The translations under genes and the position numbers were made by a program. This document shows, piece after piece, positions 1 to 12,299 of a stretch of 51,474 bases of DNA. The notes below the pieces were generated by a model. It had not been told where the DNA came from. It ran no database searches and was given only the letters and a program-made list of their open reading frames with translations. This stretch comes from Basidiobolus meristosporus CBS 931.73 (lineage: Eukaryota; Fungi; Basidiobolomycota): positions 1-51,474 of the forward strand of contig MCFE01000629.1 of the NCBI GenBank assembly GCA_002104905.1, read 5' to 3'. The stretch's first letter is position 1, and the number at the start of each line of letters is the position of its first letter.

Positions 1-322
1 ATTTAATGGCAAACATTACAAACAGCTACAAAGCAAGGGCTACTTTGAAGCTATGTATGACCATGCCTTTGCTTTAGCACTCGATGGATTCTCATTAAAC
101 AAGTACTCTGCCAGCAAATCCTGCTAGCCAGTGATTCTCATTGATCTGAATCTGTGGCCTATCTTGCTGTATCAGAGCAGTAATCTGATGGTAGTCTCGC
201 TGCTATCTGGGCCTAAATTGCTGTCCAACCTGGATAGCTACCTGTATCTATTGCTGGATGAATTTTGTATGCTGTCCAGCAGGATAATGGTATATGGCCA
301 TCATGTAAAAGCACATATTATT
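1..322 (+). pseudogene. CACTA/En-Spm (Transposase_21-like) transposase fragment, cut by the window start and by the MITE
   Basis: Translates HAFALALDGFSLNKYSASKSC*PVILIDLNLWP...VVSLLSGPK..SNLDSYL...LDEF; close paralogue of 3,670-3,990. Confidence 0.75.
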
Positions 323-612
323 AGACTTGTTCTGTTGGATAGTGCCACATTGAGCCATGAGTGCCAAATGATGCCATAGTGTGCCAGAGAGGCCAATTGA
401 GCCTCTACCTGGCCACAGAGTGTGAAACATAGCTCCGCATCTTCATGCAAAGCAGCCCCTTTGTTTCACCCATTGTGTTGGAGAAAATCCATTTTTTGAC
501 CTTTTTTTTTGGATCAATGTTGCGCAGGATGTGTTAGAGCACAAGCAGATTGAAGATATGCATCTGGTACTCAATACCCATGGCACTCTGAATCTAGCTC
601 CTGTAGCTTGTA
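323..612. mobile_element. Fold-back MITE copy 1 (left arm only)
   Basis: Starts AGACTTGTTCTGTTGGATAGTGCC after ATT (320-322); near-identical to 29,779-30,068 and 35,528-35,817; ends abruptly at LTR sequence. Confidence 0.85.
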
Positions 613-1530
613 CCTTATTGCATAAGTTACCCCTCACTTTATGTAAGATTACTAGCTACAAGTGTTTCTACATTAGCCAAGTACCCGCGCCAGTACCCAT
701 GACACATGATCAACCCGTGTCACCATCCCTACCATTTCCATACCATATATGGTATCCCCATGTTACACAGGTTCCAGAATACTGATTCCTGATTGGTTGG
801 ATGTGCTGTGCCTCTTAGAGCCTTCCAGCACCTACTTAGAGCGTTCTTAGGTCATTCTAATGTCATTAAGATTTCTATTGATATCCGGAACCTTCTGGAA
901 CACCATGATTAGTAATCACTTAGCCGGTAAGAAAAGTATATAAGGGAGGCTATCCCTCAACAATAAATCATCATCCCTTTTATCAATATACCGACTTGTT
1001 GATTAGTGTGATCACTGCTACCTGCTGCTACCTGAACTTCCAACCCCAGACCACAGGACACTCCCAGGAAACCGTGCTGACAGCCAACTGTCCTTGGAGG
1101 CACTACTTGTGAGGAATACTCAGAGTAGGTATCTTTTATTATATTTGATTCTTTCCCAAGTTTGTTCTTGTGCAGGCAAAGATACTTTTCTGTCTTTGTA
1201 ACTATTGACCACAGCTGCATTCTTATCAAGTCCCTGCTGGTGGAGTTTACAGTTGTTTTGACTTTGGAAGCTTTAGTACATTGTCATCTCAAAGGACGCT
1301 GAACCCAGCACATACTTTTGTTAAGACACCAACCAAGTTGGGGATTGTAGCTCAATAGTTTTCCCTTGACAAGCTTGTGGCTTTATTCCCCTTCACATTA
1401 TATTAGAGACAGAACCCAAGTATTCCTAGCAAGCTTTTGCCAGAGGTTATTGCACCCAGTAAACACCCCACACACAAAACACTTGAGAAGTGTTGGATGT
1501 ATCTCTCCCTTGGACCTATACACCACCACA
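613..1530 (+). mobile_element. 5'-truncated solo LTR (clan related to the 804-bp LTRs)
   Basis: Collinear with 20,470-21,390; ends CACCACCACA like the minus-strand end of the 37,855 and 40,668 LTRs; right flank CTGT. Confidence 0.8.
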
Positions 1531-3240
1531 CTGTCTCACCAGTAGATGGTTTTTTATAACCTTTTGTGTTATGATGAGAGACTGCATTGGTTTCACCTCC
1601 TTGATTGTCATACTGTTGCTATGTGCCTTGCTCACATTGGTGATATGAACCAGAGGGATGCACTTGGTATCCCACCTGAGTTCAGATGCACTGTAAAGTA
1701 TGTCCATCTTATGTTGGATAAACCAACTCTTACCTATGAGTAGGTTGCAGGCTGCAACAGGTAAGACCACAACATCTTGGTGTATAATCAAGTTGCCCAG
1801 CCAGATGGGGCAAATAGGAACCACTCCTACTGTTGTGTCCAGTTGGTCATTTGCTAGCCATACCCAAATGGTGTTGTTGGGGACTATATCTAACTTTAGA
1901 TCTTTTGTTAATGACTCTGACATGATCAACATAGTGGATCCTGTGTCAATAAGGGCAAGAATCTCCTTATTCTCTGTACATACCTTTACATATGTACCCT
2001 TATTTGGCTTTTGTAGGGCCATTGGGTAGACATGAAGGGTTGTTATCTCCTTCAATCCCTCTATCAGTTCCTTGACTGAGGCTAGGGCAAGTCCCAATAA
2101 ATTGGTTATTGGGAGGGTTGCCTTGGTTTGCTCTAGTACCTTCATTACAGCAAATAGGCTGTGGGAAGATGTACTAGTGTACTTTGTTTGCTTCAACACT
2201 TCTTCCCAAGACTAATTCCTTACTTCTTGACCTAAATCTGCATTCTTTCCTTTTGACAGAACCTCTACTACAGGTTCCTTTGCCTCCTCTCTAGAAGCAT
2301 CATGTCAATGCTTCTTCTTCCACAATTTGACTATTCTGACTGGAGGGCTTAGATTGACCAAGTCCTGGTGGCCTACTGGCAAGGGACTCTGTCTTTTGAT
2401 GTGTTTTTCTCTTATGTGTCCGGTATAGGTTCTTGTCTGTACCATTTTTAACATTTGTGGGCTTGGCACCCTACTTCTCCACATACATAACACAGGTACT
2501 GTTGTTGCGGTTGTTCCTTCTATTGGCTCAGGACTTGCACCTGGGCCTTTAGATCTACAACAGCTTCCCAGAGTTCATCACCTTCTTTGGGGACCTCTTG
2601 GAAATTGCTGATCAAGAGTTCTTGTACCTTTTGCAATAATTCCTCTAACTCATAGTCTCTTGGGGAGGCAATTTTTCCTTTCTTACAGGGGATCCCTGTC
2701 CTTTGATCACTTGTATCACTACAGGGTAGCACCCAAAGCAAGATGACCCCTTGTACTTGTTTGACCAGCACTTGCAACATTTTACATCTCTGTTGTTCTT
2801 TGGACACCCTACATCTAACTTTGTTGTCTAAGCCCATGATGTAATACCTCATGAGCTGTTGTTTGGCAAATTTGTCCTTCAAGAGGCATCAACCTTGTTG
2901 GAGAAACAGCTCAGTGTAGGCCTCATAGCTCTCATGGCTTTTCTTCTGTGAGGACAGTACAGGGGCTTTGTAGTGGTATTCCTTGGCATATAGAAACCGT
3001 ATCTTGTAGGCTTCTTTTACTACATCCCAGTTGTCTTTAACTGCATCTTACAGCACATAATGCCATTGCCATGCAGAGCCTTCCCTATGTCTTGCAAACT
3101 CCCTTACTTTCCTATTATCATCCCATCATGCATCAACCGCAACTCTCCCAAACTTATCAAACCACTCAAGGGCTTTCTTGCTCTTTCCCATGTATGTTTT
3201 TAGTTTGATTGTAGTAGTTGTTACCTCACTTGTGCTTATT
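1531..3240 (-). pseudogene. Ty3/gypsy gag-protease relic
   Basis: Aspartic protease motif ALIDTGST and LLIGKSW in ORF 1,516-2,199; decayed knuckle CYVCGEVGCQAHKC near 2,450-2,495; gag-like helical region 2,520-3,220 with stops. Confidence 0.75.
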
Positions 3241-3610
3241 TCTGCAGAGATGGCACCAAATATGTGGGTTATTACTGACTGTACTTTGTGAGTGGGATAG
3301 CTTGTAGGTCAAGTCAGTACCACTTATTTCAGAATAGCTTTCAATAGAAGGTAGCAAGGTAATAAGGACTTGTGTTTATTCCATCCAAATCTTATTATTC
3401 TCTCACCTGGTTCAACTGGACATATATATATTACTTGGAGGGGCTTAGATAATAGACAATGTGTTATAAAATAGGTGTGTGAGCACCTTCCTGTTATGGT
3501 AAGTGTTCTAACTAGATAAGGGCACAAATAGGAGGGAGGACATGTGGGGGAATCATAAGGAGAATACTGGGGGACTTTAGGGAGAACTCTTGGGTAAAGA
3601 GTGGGTACTA
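3241..3610 (-). mobile_element. PBS plus probable 5' LTR of the gypsy relic
   Basis: Minus strand reads ...CCCACA TATT TGGTGCCATCTCTG, the same CA-TATT-TGG spacing as the PBS at 40,663; outer LTR end near 3,610 is uncertain. Confidence 0.5.
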
Positions 3611-5720
3611 CATTTAGTACTCACATAGAGTACCGCACTCAGTATCAATCAAGTGCAAACATATCTGTCATACTTGATGGCAAACATTACAAGCAGCTAA
3701 GAAGCAAGGGCTACTTTAAAGGCATCTATGACCATGCCTTTGCCTTAGGACGTGATGGATTGTCATTAAACAAGTACTCAGCCAGCAAATCTTGCTGGCC
3801 ACTGATTTTCATCAGTCTGAATCTGCTGCCAATCATACGGTATCAGAGCAATAATAAAATGGTAGTCTCACTGCTACCTGGGCCTAAATCTCTGTCCAAC
3901 CTGGATAGCTACTTGCATCCATTGCTAGAAGAATTTTATATGCTTTCCAGCAGGATAACAGTAAGTGGACATCTTGTAAAAGCGCATATTATTATCTTCA
4001 TTGGAGATACCCCAGCCATCAGCAAGATAGCAGGCTCTTCTAGGCACATAGGATAGTATTGCTGTCAAATGTGCAAGATGCAAGGGACTTACTCCATAAC
4101 TCACTCACATTATTTTTACCCAGACACCAGCACTGAGAACATCATCTTCTCACAGAGAGTACTACAGAAGTCAGCATGTAATTGCAGCAAAGTTGGCAAG
4201 CTATAAGTGATTGACCAAATATGGAATCAATGGGGAACCAGAGATACTTAAGACAGAGGGTATCTGTTGGCGCAAAAGCTTTCCACTGGGAGCAATGCAT
4301 TTGCATTTCAACAATATCCCTATACTGATAACTAAGTTGTACATGGGGCATTTCCAGATAAATGAGCCCTTTGAGATACCAGAGAGATTTAAAAGAATTT
4401 GCAAGATATTACAGAGCATCTGCTACCCTAAGTACTTCTAACAAGCTCCAATGAATATTCATAAACATATGCCACAATATAAATGCAAATATTGGATGAA
4501 CTGGATATGTACTTATTCAAGTGGCATTTTAAAGCCATTCCTACTGAGAGTATATTAGAAGCATTGGGAGCCATATGTGGACATTACAGGAAAATTTATC
4601 CCAAAGTGGATCACCAATGCCAACTTGACACATCTACAGCTGTTGTGCAAGGTGTTAGTGATAGGATTTGAGTGACTATACTACAAACATAAAGCTGAAT
4701 GTGTAGATCCCTGCCTCTACTGTATCCATGCTCTACTGCATCTTGCATGGTGTGTGGAGAATATTGGGCCTTGCTTCACCTTTTGGGAGTTTCCTATGGA
4801 GCAGATGTGTGGGGAGATAGGCGGACAAGGCAAGTGCCTGTACTACCATATCCCAATCTCATCAAGAATATTACCTTCAAGTCTGTCATGGATGTGATAA
4901 GTTGGCACATGGAGGACAGTGAGCAAGAGTTGGAAAATTCTGAGCACAAATGTGCACATGGAAACAACTATGCATACAGAGTTAAGAAGCTAAGCAGCCT
5001 CAATGCATTGGTAATTAGTTAAGTAATGCAAAGTTAGGCTGGGTGCAACAAGCCACTAATTTTCATTAGGAAAACTCTACCAAGGTATGCTAGATTTTTC
5101 TTGGTTGCAAGCCAACTTCTACACAATTCAATAGCAAATTCACACAACAACAGCAGGAGTGCATCTATAAGGAGGACTAGAATACAGCAGGGTAAAGGAA
5201 TGTGTTGGCTAAATGTTGCAAAGCTCTTTGAGGATATTCAGGAGGTAGTCCTGGCAGAAGTGGCAACAACCAAGCATATGTTTGCAAGATATGTATGTTA
5301 CCAGCAGTACAAGGTATATGGCAACCTTGCAAGTATCACACCACAAAGCTGTAAAGTTGAGGTAATAGCAGTATGTCAATTGTGGTAGGTGCGCCTGTTT
5401 GTAGAGGTAGAGAAAGGAAAGGCCATTTGGTAAATTGGCACATTGGTATTATACAGAACCAGCTGTAGCCCACCTCACTGCCATCATAATGCCATCAGAG
5501 TCTTGTAGTGAGGCTGTTTTAATACCATCAAGCTTCTTGCCATATAAGGCAATTGGATGTCCTGGCTGGTAGGAGACATTTAAAATAATAGCAGAGCATA
5601 AGAAGACTGCAATAATACCATGCAATTATTGTCATAGCACCAATCAGATCTTGTCAAATTTATCAATTTATTTGGTAGTAAAATTAGCAAAATGCCATTG
5701 TTATCCTGTCATAAGATTGT
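3611..5720 (+). pseudogene. CACTA/En-Spm transposase, decayed
   Basis: ALGRDGLSLNK..SCWPLIFISLNL...LLPGPK..LDSYLHPLLEEF...FIGDTPAISKIAG...YCCQMCK, the Transposase_21 motif order; C-terminal part 5,090-5,720 repeats at 10,870-11,720. Confidence 0.8.
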
Positions 5721-5779
5721 TAAGAGTGTCAATAATTCCAAGCTTCTAGTATTATGAGGGTCTCTGAACAGGATCTTGA

Positions 5780-7303
5780 TGGATGATCCAGATTGGATCC
5801 ACCTGTGGGACCAAATTATTTTTCATAGGGTAATGAAAACCTCTATCTTAGGTATCTTGGGCCTCTGATAAATTGCATAGTCAGGCCAATGGCTTGTAGC
5901 TTGCAAACTTTGCTGCAAGTGAATTTTGACTTCTGTGTATTCTCTCTGTGGGAAGATGAAATTGGTGCTGGTGTCTGGGTAATAATAATCTGTGCAAGCT
6001 ATTGAGTAAATCCTCTAGATCTTGCACATTTAAAAGCAGTACTGTCCATTGTAGCCAGAAAAAATGGCTATTATGCTGATGGCTGGGATATCTCCAATGC
6101 AGATAATAATATGCATTCTGACATGAAGGCCATATACCATTATCCTGCTGGAAAGCATACAAAATTTATCCAGCAATGGATACTGGGAGCTTTCCAGGTT
6201 GGATGGTAATTTAGGCCAGATATCAGTAAGACCACCATCAGATTTTTGTTCTGATGCCATATGATAAATGGCATATTCTGGTTAATGAGAATCAGTGGCC
6301 AGCAGGATTTGCTGGCAGAGTACTTGTTTAATGAGAATCCATCAAGTGCTAAGGCCAAGACATGATCATATATACCTTCAAAGTAGCCCTTGCTTCTTAG
6401 CTGTTTGTAATGTTTACCATTGAATATATCACATTGTTTTCATTTGATTGATACTGAGTTTAGCACTCTGTAACTTTGCAATACTTATTGGACTGTATCA
6501 GCTTCTTTAGATGGGATGTTAATGGAATATATCCAAAATGTGTACAATGTCTTCCCTCAATGGTGGTGGATTCCTGACAACTCAGACACATTGCAATGGT
6601 GGCATTTTTGGATGTAAATGCCATGCAACTGTTAACACATGCTGGAATCATGACAGTCTCTGGTCCTATGTTACCAGCCACATGATGGTTGTCTGCTTGT
6701 ACCATATGCATGGTAAGTTGCATCCAAGAATAATTTTGACTAGAAGTAGTAGTAAATCCTCACAGCCCACATTACTAATATTAGTGGAAATGCACCACTT
6801 CTGTAGCCACAATATTACATCATTCACCAGCAGATGGACTACTAGGCCCAATTGGCTCCATAAGGTATTCTTGGCATTTGTTTCAATGGTTGTTGTCTCA
6901 TTGCATATTGAAATTTGACCAGGATCAAGCATAGTACTGCTGTTAGGGGAGATAGGCTCAAAATCCGTCAGTGGGCCTACTTTGTCAGAGCTATCACTCT
7001 GCGTGTCATATTCAGAAGGCTGAGGTTAGCCTAGAGACATCACAAGTTCATCTCACTCAGTTTGCGCAAGGTTACAAAGCCAACCAGGTGCAGATATAGA
7101 AGTATGAACTGACTAGCAAGACAATGTTGGTACAGTAGTGACTGATTAAAGGTCAAATATAACTTGTCTGGCAAAACACTGGCTGTGATACTGGTAATAC
7201 TTCCAATACTGTCTGGTGCTTCATGGCTCAGATGCTTGTTACAATAGCCACATGATCTTTTTTCTCTTTCCTTAAGTTCTTGAGTCAAAGCAGTCTTGTC
7301 CAT
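5780..7303 (-). pseudogene. CACTA/En-Spm transposase, decayed, opposite orientation
   Basis: IPACVNSCMAF...CLSC...FGYIPL, then ALALDGFSLNKYSASKSCWPLILIN...IGDIPAIS; N-terminal SCGYCNKH near 7,250. Confidence 0.8.
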
Positions 7304-8369
7304 GGGGCAAACAGTTTGACCTTCAACAATATAACACTATTATATTACTTTTTGGTCAATACTCTTGTAGGTTTTAGACAGTCTTGTATTTGAGACATTG
7401 CATCAACGTGAATGTAAGATTCAATGTTTGCCCACTGTAGTAGCATTACAAACAAAGCAAAGTTGTCTGGTTCCTAACCAAACCCCAATGCTGATGGCAG
7501 CAGAAGAACAGCTGGACAACAGCTTGCTTTGACATTCAGTGCAACAAGCAAGGCTACATCCAAAAAAGGCAGTGTTGACTGTGAGTCCACTGAGGGTAGT
7601 AATGTGGACTCCTCAGGCTCTCATTCAAGTAGGCAACTAAGAACCTCTGCAGAACTGCAGGCTGACCATTAAGCTCAGGTAGATGAGATTGTATCAAACA
7701 CATATCCTTCAGTTAAAGACTTGTACGTGGCTGTCATTACATTGCCACCACGCATATTGGCAAGTGTGTTGTCTGCTCATACCAAAGCATTCAAGAAGCA
7801 ATTTGGTGCAGTGGCTGATAGGATAGAAGCAATAACCAGAGAAGTTGGGAAATAGTACAGAAAAAGGATGAGCAGATAATACATCTAGAGTAACTGCTAA
7901 AAACCAACAGCTTCCTCAAGAGCCTGTTATAAGCAGGGCCAAAAGCTCCAGACAAGTGTAAAAGAGGCATCAGGTAAGCAAAAGAGTGCCAACAAGGGAG
8001 AACCAGGCCAACAGTGTTGCACCAGCACAACACTATCAAGGATAAAGTGTAGTACCACTCAAGAAGCACTCAGTCACAATGGCACTGAAGGACCTGGTGG
8101 TGATAAAAATCATTGGCTTCCTCAGGAGCCTATAATAACTACAGCTGAAAACTCAAAATAAGTGGTCAAGAAACATCAGGCTACCAGAAGAGTTACAGCA
8201 AGGGACAAGCAGGCCAAGATAGATGAGTCAAAGCAAAATTTTTCAAGGAGAAAACATAGTTCATTACAAGAAAAACTCAGACAGTGTAGCAGTGAAAGAC
8301 CTGGCAGTGATAAAGAAAAAGGTAGAGGAAAAAAAGTCTACCCATGCCTGAGACATGGAGGCATGCAAA

Positions 8370-8930
8370 AGAAACTGCAGTTCTTGCCAATTTATGCTGT
8401 AAGCCCAGAACACACTGAATCCCATCATAGCAAGAAGAGTTAATAACAAGAATACAGCCATTTTCATCAGAGTTGGAAGCACAGGCAGTTGAGCTACACT
8501 CCAGCAAAGTAGATGAGCTTGCAGAGAAAGGCAATTTGTTTACTACAGCCTCCATGTCCTCCATTGTGGACAGAGTAAAGATCCCACTGACAGGCAAGGC
8601 TACAATGTCAAGAACTTGAAAGACTACCACAATGCCTTTAGTGGCATTTTGGAACATTAATAGGCATACCAAGAGGTCGCAGCACCTCATCAAGAGTGGT
8701 GCTCAAGAAAACACACTTGAATATTGTAAGGATTTATTGCAAAGACTGGCAGATGAGGTGCTAGACCTTGCAGTACCAGGTAATGACCAGGACATGTGGG
8801 AGCCAGCAAGTGAACAGTGGTATAAAGCCATTGGGCTCCCACCAGAGTCATGGAAATAGAGCATTACAGTAGAAATACCTATTGAGTGGCAGATTTTGAT
8901 GAAGTTACCTGTTGAGTGTGGGGTAGGACT
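8370..8930 (+). pseudogene. Decayed ORF of unknown function next to a CACTA transposase
   Basis: EYCKDLLQRLADEVLDLAV...DQDMWEP; inverted diverged copy at 10,205-10,767. Confidence 0.35.
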
Positions 8931-9059
8931 TATGTGAGATCAGGGGTGCAAATATTTCTAACAGTCTTGGTACAGTGTCCCAACATGATCATTACCTCTC
9001 AGTTGCAGGACTTGTATTCTGCCATGGTTTTTTGACTGGATCATCAAGATAATCCTTCA

Positions 9060-9830
9060 CAATAAATCTATACTCATAGATTTATTATTGAAGCAGTCCT
9101 CTCTGTCTGAGTGTCTCTGGCTTCCTGCTGGTGGGGAGGTTTAAAGGCATCTGGAGTTTCCAACACAAACTCATCCCAGGTTGAGTTAGTAGAGCATCCT
9201 ATTATAGTGACTGACCTGATCTTGTTGTGATATTACTGTAAAGCAGCTTCTGCAAGGTCAGAGGCTGCAAAATATAACTTACTTTCTGGGGCAATTCCTT
9301 TGGCCTTAAAAGATTCTTTAATCTGAAAGAGCCAAGTCCCCACGTCTTCATTGACTTTACCATGGCACCAATTGACCTTGACATTAAAGCTGCTCCTTAA
9401 AGGGCTTTGCTGCTTCTGGGGCATGGTAGTCATTCCTTGTTGCTGGCTGAGGACCTGAACTTACTGTTGCTATTGGGCCCAGATTTGCTGCATAACATTC
9501 TGTGATTCTTGATTTGCTGACATCATGAGGTAGACTCCCTCTTTCTTCAGGGGGGGTTCCGGTTATTGCTGCTGCCAATATTACAAGTCTTGATCTATAA
9601 GTTGTAGAGGAGTAGGGAGTTTAGAAGGTATTGAATTCGCTGGAACTTGACTTGATTTTTACTGAAGTTCTGGCAGCTCCTTATATACGTTTTACCAGAT
9701 CAATTGCTGACTGATTGTATTTCCTAATGTAGGTTTTGACTGATGACTCATTTGATTGCATCATCATTGCCCAGTTAGATCCTATTTGATATATCTATTT
9801 TGTATGTAAAATTAATGTGATGCTTTTGTT
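9060..9830 (-). mobile_element. Gypsy family B fragment: LTR, PBS and start of gag
   Basis: LTR end at 9,579 followed by TTGGCAGCAGC; gag VKVNWCHGKVNEDVGTWLFQIKESFKAKG matches 28,281-28,841. Confidence 0.8.
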
Positions 9831-10204
9831 AAAAGGCTGTCACAGATTCTAAGTCCTATGAATGAGAGGTATTGAATTCATCAGGACACCATGCAAAGAC
9901 CGTCAATAAATAATTGCACCCAAGATATCATGAAAAACTCAGTCAAATATTTCATCACAACAGTACCAAAGTGGCTTTGGATATTTCACTACCAATTTTC
10001 TCACTTTCTAATCCCAGACTCTCTATCACCTCCTATGTTTGTGTGCATTGATTGGCTTTTGCCTCTTTTTCACACTCCTTGCTACCTGACTCAACTGTTC
10101 TCTTATTTTCCATGCATAAAAATTGATTTATTTCTGCTGAAACTTCAGTTGTACCTCAATTGTCAACTGTATTGACTTATACATGCCCCTATACCATACA
10201 GAAA

Positions 10205-10767
10205 TATTAAGCCCAACCCTAAACTCAACAAGTAACTCCATTAAAATCCATCATGATATAAGTGTTTCTGGTGTAATGCTCTGTTCCCACAACTTTGGTG
10301 GGAACACTACAACTTTATGCCATCATTTATTCACTGGTTCCCATATATCCTGGTCTTCAGCAGCCACTGCAAGGTCTAGCTCCCCTTCTGCCAGTCTTTG
10401 CAATAAGTCCTTGCAATATTCAGGTGAGTTTTTTAAGTACTGCTCTTGAAGAAGTGCTCCAACCTCTTGGTGTGCCTATTGGTATTCCTTAATTCCACTA
10501 AAGGCATTGTGATAATTTTTCGAGTTCTTGGTTAAGCTTTGACTGTCTGTGGGATCTCTACTCTGTCAAAAATGGAGGATGTGGGGGATGTACTACACAA
10601 ATTGCCTTACTCTGCAAACTCATCTACCTCACAGAAGAGTAGTCCAACTGGCTGCACTTCCAACTCTTGTGAAAACAGCTTTATTCTTGTTGGTAATTTC
10701 TCTTGCTATGATGGCATTTAGTCTGTTCAGGTCTTACAGTTTTAATTGGCAAGAACTGCAGCTTTTT
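10205..10767 (-). pseudogene. Second copy of the unknown CACTA-associated ORF
   Basis: Reverse complement aligns with 8,370-8,930 (EYCKDLLQRLAEGELDLAV...DQDIWEP). Confidence 0.35.
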
Positions 10768-10838
10768 AAGTATGATTAGTCTATCACAATGGTTATATGA
10801 CTAAACTTGTCTGTGGGAGGTATGTTTACCCTACCACA
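10768..10838 (-). mobile_element. About 70-bp terminal remnant of the 804-bp LTR family
   Basis: TAAACTTGTCTGTGGGAGGTATGTTTACCCTACCACA (10,802-10,838) is identical to the LTR termini ending at 38,658 and 41,471; flank ATGC. Confidence 0.75.
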
Positions 10839-10869
10839 ATGCTGCCAAGGTATGCCCAATTTCTCTTGG

Positions 10870-11720
10870 TCACAAGCCAATTTCTATGCCATTCAATACA
10901 GAACTCTCACAAATACAAGCCAGAATGCACCTAACAGGGACTAGAATCCAGCAGGGTGAAGGGATGTATTGGCTAAATGTTGTAAAGTACCTTGAGGATA
11001 TTCAGGTGGTATTCACAGCAGAAGTGGCAACTACCAGGTACATGTTTGCAACTAAGCATATGTTTGCAAGATGCATATGTTACAAGTAATACAAGGTATT
11101 AGGCAACTTTGCTAGCATAATACTAAAAAGCTCTGAAGCTGAGGTGATAGAAGAATGTCAATGCAGCAGGTGTGTGGGTTTGCAGAGCTTAGTGAGCAGA
11201 AGACCATAGTACTTTTGACTCACATTATATGTGGAATACCCAAAGTATTAGTGAGTAAACAAATAAAGAGGGATGATTTTACAGTGGAATAAATGAACTG
11301 CACGTGGGGAGGTAGAAAAAGGAAGTATCATTTGGTGAATTGATATGGTAGCATTATACAGAACTAGCTGTAGGCCACTATACTCCCATGATTATGCCAT
11401 CAGAGGCTTTCCAAGAGGCTTTCAAAACACCCTCAATTTTTTGGCCATATACACAATTGGATGAACTGGCTGGTTAGATCCACAAAAATAATTGCAAAGC
11501 ACACCTAGACCACAACAATGCCAGGCCACTGTTGGCAAAACATTGTATAAGCACCAGTACATCTTATCAACTTCATTTGGCTGTAAAACTAGCAAACAAC
11601 ATTGTGATTTTGTCACAAGATTGTGTAGATGGTCATTAATTCCAAGCTGCTGGTATTATAATAGTCCCCCTGGCAGGACCTTTGTGGCTCATTCAGATTT
11701 GATTCACCTACAGAACCAAA
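10870..11720 (+). pseudogene. CACTA transposase C-terminal relic
   Basis: Aligns with 5,090-5,720 (TRIQQGEGMYWLNV...AEVATT.KHMFAR). Confidence 0.6.
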
Positions 11721-11739
11721 ATTTTTTTCATAGGTTTTT

Positions 11740-11887
11740 TCTGTCAGACAATGGTGTAATGATTCATCAGCTGACTAACAATACTGATTTGATGCCTTAC
11801 ACTGATATACTGATAGGCTAAACATAAAACTAATTGATTTGACTATCAATGGGTCTAACTTAAACATTTAGCAGTAGATTATAACAA
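11740..11887 (-). mobile_element. Gypsy family B LTR fragment
   Basis: CTGATATACTGATAGGCTAAACATA...GCAGTAGATTATAACA matches 29,265-29,351. Confidence 0.65.
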
Positions 11888-12299
11888 CAGCACTAACATT
11901 GCCTCTTTCTTTCAGATCTATGATGATATGATAAGACTTGTTCCATGGTACCATGCCAGGGCATGTGGTGTGATCAATGGTGGCAAAGTACAATTGCGCA
12001 TGGTATTGTAGCTACCAGTAGGCAGGATTGCCCTTGGACAATTTTGCACTATGTGGGACAGTCTCACACACTGTGGCACAATCTGACTCAATTAGGCACG
12101 CAGGTGCAATCTGGATGCAGTGGCTTTAGGTCTCTATTATTCCTCTTGAAGTTCACCTCCTGATTCCTCAAGGTTCTCACCTATACTCTGCCTGATACTT
12201 TGGAAATATTGGCTTGATGGGTCCTATGTCTATTGCTCTTGAGAGCCACTTGGCTCTACTAATATATCACTTAGTACAGTAGTCATTTGAGGCAAAAGC

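Noticed and set aside
11933-11943. AGACTTGTTCC, matching the MITE left terminus
   Set aside because: Only 11 bp, flank is ATA rather than ANT, and similarity does not clearly extend; possibly an old relative but unsupported.
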